Source: Candidatus Micrarchaeota archaeon (GTDB lineage: Archaea > Micrarchaeota > Micrarchaeia > Anstonellales > Bilamarchaeaceae). From it: a DNA stretch of 44,871 nt. The stretch spans positions 1-44,871 of the forward strand of contig JBBSVN010000015.1 of NCBI GenBank assembly GCA_038046765.1, written 5' to 3'. Shown one piece after another: positions 1-7,896 of the stretch. A program made the position numbers and the translations under genes. The notes beneath the pieces were generated by a model. The model ran no database searches. It was not told the DNA's origin and worked only from the letters and a program-made list of their open reading frames with translations. Every line of letters starts with the position of its first letter. Within the stretch, counting starts at the first letter, position 1.

Positions 1-103
1 TCAGAATAAACAGTGGCTATTTTTAATGTGTTAAAAGAAGTTCGGAACTACTGTTGCAGGTTACCCAAATGAAGAATTTAGACAAACAGAAGTTCATTTA
101 GTT

Positions 104-478
104 ATGGACAAGGACGAATCTGACCCAAGACTTATAAAAAAACTTCTTCAAGCTGGTTTATATGGTGCTTACGTTCGTAAAAGAGATTACACAGCAATTG
201 TTCTTACCATCCAGGGTTTTAGATCCAAAGTTGACCCTTTAGTTGGTGCACTTTGGGAATATTTAAATCAGACAGGCGGAGCCGTTCGATGTTCAATTCA
301 AGAGGAAAGGGCTATTGCACACGAGTTATACCACATTATTCCGGAAAAACTTCCAGAAATTGTCGGAAAAGTGGAGTACATGGAAAAGGATATGAAAATA
401 AAATATTTGAAAAGTGTAAGAGAAATGCGACAGATCGGAATTCCTGTATCGCGTGAGAAGGCTAATTTACTTAAGTGA
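104..478 (+). CDS. hypothetical protein (start uncertain; frame open from about 35)
   Basis: 124-aa ORF overlapping the next gene's start; no recognisable motif. Confidence 0.55.
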   Translation: MDKDESDPRLIKKLLQAGLYGAYVRKRDYTAIVLTIQGFRSKVDPLVGALWEYLNQTGGAVRCSIQEERAIAHELYHIIPEKLPEIVGKVEYMEKDMKIKYLKSVREMRQIGIPVSREKANLLK

Positions 479-1190
479 TTTTATGTTAAACCAAAAACAA
501 AGAAACCAGATAGTTAAGCAATTGGAATTGCACCGACACAAAAAATATCAACAGGACATCATGATTGATTCTTTAGTATTACCGAACTTCGTAATATTCC
601 CAGAAGTTTTTCGCGCCGACATCATGACTTCTTCAATATATACTGCAAAATTCCTGATACAGAAACCTGAGTTTTATCAAAATAAACATGTAATCGATAT
701 GGGGTGTGGAAGCGGAATTTTAGGGATTGTTATGGCTAAGAGGGGTGCAGAGTCTGTTTTATTAGCAGACATTTCTTATCATGCAATAGCTAATGCTTGG
801 GAAAATATTACCCAATATGGGATGGTGATGAGACTTGCATGTGGATATCCATACCACAGTGATTTGTTTTCAGCAATAAGAGCTAAATACGATCTAATTG
901 TTTTCAACCACCCATTTTTCTCAGATGAAATAGGATTTCCAGACCAACCAATATCTGGAAGCATGGTCGCTCCATCAATACTTATCCACAGATTTTTAGA
1001 AGAAGCAAAAGGACATCTTACCAAAGAAGGAAAAATCATAATGCCGTTCTTAGAAATTGCAGGAGAAACAAATGACCCAAAAATTCAAGCACCAAAACAC
1101 GGCTACACTGTGCAACAAGTTTATTCTACAAATGTAGAATCGGGAGTGCAAACAGGATTGTTTTATGTTTATGTTCTTAACCTTAGATGA
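453..1190 (+). CDS. class I SAM-dependent methyltransferase, HemK/PrmC/MTS-like
   Basis: Motif I VIDMGCGSGILG; DLIVFNHPF is an NPPF-like motif IV. Confidence 0.8.
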   Translation: MRRLIYLSDFMLNQKQRNQIVKQLELHRHKKYQQDIMIDSLVLPNFVIFPEVFRADIMTSSIYTAKFLIQKPEFYQNKHVIDMGCGSGILGIVMAKRGAESVLLADISYHAIANAWENITQYGMVMRLACGYPYHSDLFSAIRAKYDLIVFNHPFFSDEIGFPDQPISGSMVAPSILIHRFLEEAKGHLTKEGKIIMPFLEIAGETNDPKIQAPKHGYTVQQVYSTNVESGVQTGLFYVYVLNLR

Positions 1191-1452
1191 TATTTATGCA
1201 CTCTAAAAAACTTTACGACATCGATGTTGTAACACAAGGAATTGAAGGTAGAAGAATTTAGTTGGAATGATAATTTAGAAAAAAACTGAAGAGATTGTAT
1301 GGAAATTTGAATTTAATTAATTATTAATTTCTAAAATCCCCCATTTTCCACCAAAAGTTCATGAACTAAGAATGCAATGGCTAGAAGGTACACCAATAGT
1401 CCAGAATCCATTTTATGAAACTACTATTGCTTACTTTAAACTCACGGTTTAA

Positions 1453-2676
1453 TCAAATTTTAGTCAACCGATATAAATTATCTTTTATTATTTTTACTAA
1501 AAATGAATTTAATTTTATATCATTTCTTTCTCTTGCAAGTTTCGTAATTGATAGATATTCTTGTCTTGTATTTGAGTATATATTTATCAACGGAAATCCG
1601 TTCTTAATTAGGATATAATTCCACAGCAGCCTAGTCGTTCTACTGTTTCCATCTTCAAATGGGTGGATCTGTTGGAACTCATTATGGACAAATGTTGCAA
1701 ATTCAATTATTTCTTTGATAGTTTTTTTACTTGCCAAAAATTCATTGATTTTTTTGCAGAGTAAATCTAGCTTAGGGTAAATTTCAGTAAAATAAGAAAC
1801 TTTGTAAAACGGATTTCCTTTTATGGAAACCATAGTGGATCTTACACCCTCTTTTACACCTAGATTAAAAATCACAACTCGATGTAAATCCAGAATGTAT
1901 TGGATAGAAGCAGGTTCCTCCAAATGGTTTAGAAGGTAGTTTACTGCAGAGTAATAATTCTTAACTTCGTTAGCTTCCTTTAGTTTTTTATCTTGAGGAA
2001 CAATGTCATGCAGTATTAATTCTTTTGACTGCTCAAGAGTAAAAGTATTTCCTTCTAACTGTGTGGATGCAGAAGTAAATTCTATTTTTTGTTCTTCTTC
2101 GATGTCTGCAATATTTATATTTTTCTTAAGTTCTTTAAAGTTCTTAAGTAATTTATCTATTTCTTCATATTCATTTCTAGGTGCATTACTCTGGTTTGGT
2201 TTTTTCTCCTCTTTTTTTAGTTTGAATAAAGATAGAACCTCATCAAAGATATGGTCATAAACTAGTTTTACTCTAAGTGGTTTTTTTGAAGTTATGAACA
2301 ATAAATTTATTCTGGATAAATACGTAAGATATTTTCTAACTGTCTGGTGATTAAGCCCTTTAAACTGCGAAAACAGAACTTCTTCCTTTTGACTACCTAG
2401 TTTTACTACCAGAGCAAATTCAGGGGTAAGAAACAAATTGTAGTTTATTCCTCTGTCTCTACAAAATTTCATTATTTTGAAAATATTCCAAGTGCTTGGA
2501 TTATCATTATTTGGTAGATATGCTTCTTTTTTATGAATAACAATGCCACTTTTTATGAGTTCAACTAGTTTTTGTCTTACTGATGATGGTTGCGAACCGA
2601 TTTTTTTAGCAATATCGCTAAGTCTAGCTTCTTTTAGTTCGAATAATGCAAATAGACAATCCCATTTAGTTTTCAT
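1453..2676 (-). CDS. Fic family protein with N-terminal winged HTH
   Basis: HPFEDGNSRTTR Fic motif; STQLEGN inhibitory helix motif; N-terminal LSDIAKKIGSQPSSVRQKL HTH. Confidence 0.9.
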   Translation of the reverse strand: MKTKWDCLFALFELKEARLSDIAKKIGSQPSSVRQKLVELIKSGIVIHKKEAYLPNNDNPSTWNIFKIMKFCRDRGINYNLFLTPEFALVVKLGSQKEEVLFSQFKGLNHQTVRKYLTYLSRINLLFITSKKPLRVKLVYDHIFDEVLSLFKLKKEEKKPNQSNAPRNEYEEIDKLLKNFKELKKNINIADIEEEQKIEFTSASTQLEGNTFTLEQSKELILHDIVPQDKKLKEANEVKNYYSAVNYLLNHLEEPASIQYILDLHRVVIFNLGVKEGVRSTMVSIKGNPFYKVSYFTEIYPKLDLLCKKINEFLASKKTIKEIIEFATFVHNEFQQIHPFEDGNSRTTRLLWNYILIKNGFPLINIYSNTRQEYLSITKLARERNDIKLNSFLVKIIKDNLYRLTKI

Positions 2677-2774
2677 GTATTATAATAGAAAGAAACTATT
2701 TATAAATATTGTCATTTTACACAAAAACTACATATTATTTAAGATTTAGTGTATTATTACATTAAATATAAAAG

Positions 2775-2893
2775 GGCCACGACCGAGATTCGAACTCGGG
2801 TAACAGGCTCCACAGGCCTGTGTGCTAACCATTGTGTTCCATGAACGCAAATCTTGAACAAAACGTCGTTCAAGGTTCTACACAATCGTGGCC
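2775..2893 (-). tRNA. tRNA-His(GTG) with encoded G-1 and a 46-nt D-loop intron (2832-2877)
   Basis: Acceptor GCCACGA/TCGTGGC plus discriminator C; anticodon arm CAGGC-CTGTGGA-GCCTG; T arm CCGAG-TTCGAAT-CTCGG; D loop interrupted by an insert with GTGT/ACAC helix and 3-nt bulges. Confidence 0.93.
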
Positions 2894-3055
2894 ATAGGTA
2901 TATACAAATTATATACTAGCTTACCAATAAAAAAGTGGCGTTGCCAGTAGTTCGATTATAAACTAATTAAAAGTAGTTTATATTTATAAAAAAGAGGTAA
3001 AACTTATTATAAAGTTGTCGGTCGGATAAAAGAAGAAATAAAGATAAATAAAAAA

Positions 3056-3415
3056 CTAACGACCGCATTCTGAACCGTGTTTATGCCCTTCGCCTTTGTA
3101 TTCTTCAATGAACCATTTTTGTTTTTCTTTAGCTTTGTCTTTTTCAAGTTTTTCTTCTTCTAGGAGTTCTTTGATGCTCACACCCAAAGTGTAGATTACA
3201 GTACACTTTCCGTTTTTATAGCAAACCACATTTTTTATAAAACCTTCAGTTTCTTCTCTTGGTTTTATCTCTTGTGATTTGGGATTTTTGATTTTTTCTA
3301 TCTTAGTTTCATGCATGGCTTCCTTTTTATTAAATTCATTTCTATAAATCGCCCCACCTGCAAATGCAAGTACTAATCCCAAACCAGCTACCAATCTCTT
3401 AGTTGTAATTTTCAT
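3056..3415 (-). CDS. hypothetical protein with N-terminal signal or membrane anchor
   Basis: MKITTKRLVAGLGLVLAFAGG after a GGTGA RBS. Confidence 0.65.
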   Translation of the reverse strand: MKITTKRLVAGLGLVLAFAGGAIYRNEFNKKEAMHETKIEKIKNPKSQEIKPREETEGFIKNVVCYKNGKCTVIYTLGVSIKELLEEEKLEKDKAKEKQKWFIEEYKGEGHKHGSECGR

Positions 3416-3514
3416 CTTTTTCACCAAGTAATACACTAGCAACCACATATTAGTGTCTGATACTTGTCTGCACAAGTGCGAAACAACTTAAAACCTAATC
3501 TTCGAAGTGAGTTT

Positions 3515-4231
3515 ATGCAAGAGCCAAAAGAACAAGCATTAATTCTAGAATTAGAACAAGTGCATGACTGTTGTACGGTATCTGTAACAGACAAAGACAA
3601 AGACGCAAAAATAAAATGGCTAGCTAATACCGGACACGATCAAAAATGCGTTTACAACCTGTTCGAACTTACATCAAACGATCCTAAAAAATTTATAGAA
3701 CACCTAAAATCACACCCAGAAGTTTTAGAAGTAAAAACAGTTTCAATAAACGAAAACCGAGCTTACATTATCATTGCTTCAACTAGAAAAAGTAGTACGG
3801 CAGTTCACTTAGCAAAGAGCGGCACAGCTTGGATTGAACCAACATGGAGTTCGCAAGGAGCAGACCACGTTACAATGCTTGCACCAGATTTTAAAAGCTT
3901 TAAAAAATTCTTAGAAAGCGTTGAAGGAAAATATGATATCAAAGTAAAATCAAAAAGATATCTCGACCCAAAGACCGAACTTTCATTAAACACCTTTCGA
4001 ACGAGCGGATTTTTACAATTAAAAACAGCCAGCGAAATGCTAACTAATAAACAAATGGAAGCGTTTGACATTGCATGTAAATATGGATATTACGAGAATC
4101 CCAAGAAAATTACGCTTATGGAACTAGCTCAAAAATTAGACACCACGGAAGCAGCATTAAGCGAACTACTAAGAAAAGCAGAGAAGAAATTATTGCCAAT
4201 TTTATCAGATATTGTTCGAATGATGCGCTAA
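3515..4231 (+). CDS. HTH-10 (bacterio-opsin activator type) transcriptional regulator
   Basis: C-terminal LTNKQMEAFDIACKYGYYENPKKITLMELAQKL...LRKAEKKL is the HTH_10 signature. Confidence 0.88.
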   Translation: MQEPKEQALILELEQVHDCCTVSVTDKDKDAKIKWLANTGHDQKCVYNLFELTSNDPKKFIEHLKSHPEVLEVKTVSINENRAYIIIASTRKSSTAVHLAKSGTAWIEPTWSSQGADHVTMLAPDFKSFKKFLESVEGKYDIKVKSKRYLDPKTELSLNTFRTSGFLQLKTASEMLTNKQMEAFDIACKYGYYENPKKITLMELAQKLDTTEAALSELLRKAEKKLLPILSDIVRMMR

Positions 4232-4277
4232 TGGCTTCAAATACATCTTTTTAATAGTATTTTTCCATAATATATTT

Positions 4278-4730
4278 ATGGAACATGAACAAAAACACCA
4301 AAAAATATATCGTCCATTTGCGTTAATACCCAGTTTAAAAGTATTTCTTGCCTGCTTATTTATGACAGGAATTTTATTATATTTTGTTAACACAACTAAT
4401 GATTTTTTTGTACCGATATTATTAGTGATATGGGGCCTTGGTGCGATTAGCGTGGCATACATTTTTATCCAAGATCATTGCCATACGATTTTGCTTACGG
4501 AAGGCGGAATAAAAGCATGTAAAGGAATATTTATGAAAAAGGAAACACTTGTTCCAACAAGTAAAATTACCGAGTCTAGTTTTACCCAAAGTATATTTGA
4601 AAGATTATTTAGCTATGGAACAGTACGCATTGATACACCCGGCGGAGCAGATGTAGCTATTGAAATGAAAAATATGAGGATAACAGATATAAAGGAAATT
4701 TTGGCTTTTGTTGATAAAAAAGATGGATAA
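4278..4730 (+). CDS. membrane protein with bacterial PH (bPH_2) domain
   Basis: Two N-terminal TM helices, then KITESSFTQSIFERLFSYGTVRIDTPG. Confidence 0.8.
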   Translation: MEHEQKHQKIYRPFALIPSLKVFLACLFMTGILLYFVNTTNDFFVPILLVIWGLGAISVAYIFIQDHCHTILLTEGGIKACKGIFMKKETLVPTSKITESSFTQSIFERLFSYGTVRIDTPGGADVAIEMKNMRITDIKEILAFVDKKDG

Positions 4731-4885
4731 AAAATTATTCTGTTCCACTTTCAATTACTTCCAGACGATTTATTATTCCTCTCTGACTTTGGTTTGAAGT
4801 TTAGAATTTTTCGAAAGCTGATTTAAAGCAAGCAAAAAAGTATATTTATAAAGAGTTTGTTATATAGAATATATTTGTGTGTTCC

Positions 4886-5974
4886 ATGAAGACTTTAGAA
4901 TATTATAAAATAAAGGGTTTTACAATATTTGTGCGCGGTGTGAAACCCAGAGAACGAGGGGCTTTGCTAGATGTCAGATGTGACCATATAATGAGAGGTA
5001 TGACTGAGGGAATAATCTCGGATAAAATGTTAACCACAGAAGAATGCCAAATGCGTTCAGAACTTTTAATTGAAACACTCAAACCTTTTCTTACATATGG
5101 CCGGAAGTATAAGGCAAAAAAAATTTTTGAAAGATATATTGAAACTTTAGGCAAGCCGCTAGATAAACAGAGAATTGCAGAAAACGTATCTATATGGGCT
5201 TACGAAAATAATCAAAAGGGCTTATTTAGTATATCAATGAAATTTCTTCGACACATGGGTCCATTATATACCTTAAGAATCGCACATATGGCAATTGATG
5301 CTGGAGATTTAGAAACAATAAAAAGATTAATTGAAAAAGGTGCAAATCCAAACGAAATACTTTATGAGCCAGACAATAACAGTTAGCTAGCTCTTTCAAT
5401 AAGTCGCAAAAAATTTGAAATTATTGACTATTTATTAAGTTTATCTGCAATAGATGTTGAAAGGAAAAATAGAATGAATAGTTCGCCTATAATAGCATTA
5501 GCATGGACAATTGATGACCCAGTTCGACTTGAATTAGCTCTTTCTAAATGTTCCCAAGGCCTTGAAATTAGAGGAACCCTTGGAGACACCTTACTTACTG
5601 CATCAATAAGTGCAGGCCATTTTAAAAATGCAAATTTCTTAATTGATCATGAAATTTCTTTAGATACAACAAACGATCTGAGTATTGGTGCAATCGGAAG
5701 TCTAGTACTCTATTTACAGAATAACCATACGGATACAAACATGTCAGATGGAATTGAATTACTTCAAAAACTCATTTCCAAAGGAGCAGATGTAAATACG
5801 ACTAATAGTGTAAGAACACCCGTTGTCTTAATTGCTCAGAACACACCTGGTTTAGAAGAAATTGCAAAAATTTTATTAGATGCAGGAGCAGACCCAAATT
5901 TTAAACCAGTTTACAAAGATCCGTATGAACACTTATACGGACAGCAGGTAGTTTTACCTGAGTTTAAGGTCTAA
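4886..5974 (+). pseudogene. ankyrin-repeat protein interrupted by one in-frame TAG (5384-5386)
   Basis: ORFs 4877-5386 and 5474-5974 share a frame; read-through gives NNS*LALSISRKKFEIIDYLLS; ankyrin motifs LIEKGANPN, LISKGADVN, LLDAGADPN. Confidence 0.75.
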
Positions 5975-5987
5975 AATCTTCAAATTT

Positions 5988-7283
5988 TTACTTAGGCCTC
6001 ATGTGCCCCCATTTTTCTAAAGCCTGCCTTAATTCAATGCATTGTTTTGCTTTTTCTTCTAGCGTTAATCCGTCCATTTCTGCTTCGATTGCCTGCATTG
6101 AAGCCTTGGCTCCTGCTCTTGTTCCTTTAGAATGTCCGTGAATTCCTCCACTAACTAAGATAGTTACATCATTTCCAAATAACCGTATTACATCAGGAAC
6201 TAAACCTGGATGTAACCCACCAGATGAAACTGGAAACGCGGGTTTTATGTTGTACCAATCCTGACTTATCAAATGATTTCCCATAGGCGCAACTTTTTTA
6301 CCGCGTAGTGTATTTGCAACGGCTAAAACTTCATCTTTGCTTCCAACCAGTTTCCCAACTGCAGTTCCCGCGTGTAATCCATCAACACCAATTAATCGCA
6401 TCATCTTTGCTAAAAATTGCATTGTTAAGCCGTGTTTTGGATTTCGGTCAAATGCAGCATGCATAGCCCGATGAGCGTGTATTGCTAAATCAAAATCACC
6501 GCAAACATCGCGCATCGTTTGGACTGCGGCTGTTCCGCAAACAACTACATCAATCATTGCGAACCTAAATCTGTTATCATGTAACATCTTTGCTCGCTTT
6601 TCCATTGTCCGTACATCAGCAGTGATATTGATGTATGCGTCCTTTTGTTCACCAGTTAAGTGTTCTGCTTTATCCCTTAATTTTGCCATTAATTTTACGC
6701 GTTCATCAAATTTATTGAAGTTTGTAGAAGTGAGATTTTCATCATCTTTTACAATGTCAAACCCCCCCATCCAGGTTTCAAATCCAATTTCAGCATGTTC
6801 TTTGGCACTAAACCCAATTTTTGGTTTTGGAACGGCTCCAGTTAAAGGCCTTTTAGGAACTTTCATAAATTTTCTAACTCCATCAATTCCATATTTTGGA
6901 CCTTTAAATGATTTAATATAATCTTTTGGAAATGTTACATCCACAAGACGTAAATTCTTAAGAGCTTTCATCCCAAAAATATTTCCTGCAATTCCACTTA
7001 AAAGCTGAGGAGCATTACCTAGTTCCCATAATTCTAGTGGATAAGCTACTTTTACATAATTCCCGTTAACTTCAAATGCCGTAGCTTTTAGTTTTTGCAT
7101 TCTTGGAGGCATTTTAAAAAGCGTTGTCCAAGTTCCAGTTGAACTTTCACTCGCAACTCGGCCGACTGCTTCTTCTAAAGAAATCCCATTATCAGGCTCG
7201 AAATAAAATAAGACAATTATATCGCTATTACTGGGTTCATAATTTTTATTCCAAAATTCCAGATACCATTCTACTTTTTTCAT
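5988..7283 (-). CDS. rbcL: form III ribulose-1,5-bisphosphate carboxylase
   Basis: ASESSTGTWT, GGFDIVKDDENL catalytic motif, HAHRAMH, SGGLHPG; ATG at 7283 preferred. Confidence 0.95.
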   Translation of the reverse strand: MKKVEWYLEFWNKNYEPSNSDIIVLFYFEPDNGISLEEAVGRVASESSTGTWTTLFKMPPRMQKLKATAFEVNGNYVKVAYPLELWELGNAPQLLSGIAGNIFGMKALKNLRLVDVTFPKDYIKSFKGPKYGIDGVRKFMKVPKRPLTGAVPKPKIGFSAKEHAEIGFETWMGGFDIVKDDENLTSTNFNKFDERVKLMAKLRDKAEHLTGEQKDAYINITADVRTMEKRAKMLHDNRFRFAMIDVVVCGTAAVQTMRDVCGDFDLAIHAHRAMHAAFDRNPKHGLTMQFLAKMMRLIGVDGLHAGTAVGKLVGSKDEVLAVANTLRGKKVAPMGNHLISQDWYNIKPAFPVSSGGLHPGLVPDVIRLFGNDVTILVSGGIHGHSKGTRAGAKASMQAIEAEMDGLTLEEKAKQCIELRQALEKWGHMRPK

Positions 7284-7398
7284 GTTTAAAAACAAGAATA
7301 TAAACTTTAAAAACTCATCGCTACTTATCTATTATACAATATGTTGGTTAGTTTAACTAATTTCTAACTTCTAACATTATTTTTAAGGTGTTTATTTA

Positions 7399-7587
7399 AT
7401 GGCTATAGTAACATGTGAACGATGCGGAGATCAAATAGCAAAAGCTCAAAAATGCAATTATTGCAGCAAACAAATTTGCAACTATTGTGTAAAAAGTGCA
7501 AAGAGAAAACATAAAATAAAAAGGTATTACATCTGCAAATCTTGCTGGGGTAAAATGACCTTAAGAAGTAAATTTAAGAGTGCTTAA
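7399..7587 (+). CDS. small Cys-rich zinc-finger protein
   Basis: Four CxxC pairs in 62 aa; AGGTG RBS. Confidence 0.8.
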   Translation: MAIVTCERCGDQIAKAQKCNYCSKQICNYCVKSAKRKHKIKRYYICKSCWGKMTLRSKFKSA

Positions 7588-7708
7588 TTTTTTATAAATT
7601 TATTTTTATATTTTTAAAAACAAAATTTTTACAAAAGTTAGAGAATAACAATTCTCTGGATTTTTATTTTAATCTCTTTTTCTAGAGCTTTCTTATTTGC
7701 GAAAATCA

Positions 7709-7866
7709 TTTGTTCCCTCGACTAGGGGTTTGAACGTCGAGGAACAAAAGTTTTGAAAAATGCCCTTGTCGCGAAGAAGCGTCTTCGCGAACATGCTTGA
7801 GAAGACGAGTCTTCTCGACATTGCTACGACCTGAAGAAAGTAGTTTGCAGGGTGGCATTTTTCAAA
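7709..7866. other. highly structured intergenic element (hairpin plus multibranch fold); candidate ncRNA or MITE-like element
   Basis: TTTGTTCCCTCGAC/GTCGAGGAACAAA hairpin; 13-bp TTTGAAAAATGCC/GGCATTTTTCAAA stem enclosing TCGCGAAGA/TCTTCGCGA and GAGAAGAC/GTCTTCTC hairpins. Confidence 0.6.
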
Positions 7867-7896
7867 TCAAAACGAAAGGATAAAAAATAAAGAAAA

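Noticed and set aside
1196..1310. Short coding-like fragments after the methyltransferase
   Set aside because: Too short and broken to assign; possibly a gene remnant but unsupported
5384..5386. Genome-wide TAG reassignment
   Set aside because: cdc48, bud32 and ppsA end at TAG at their expected C-termini
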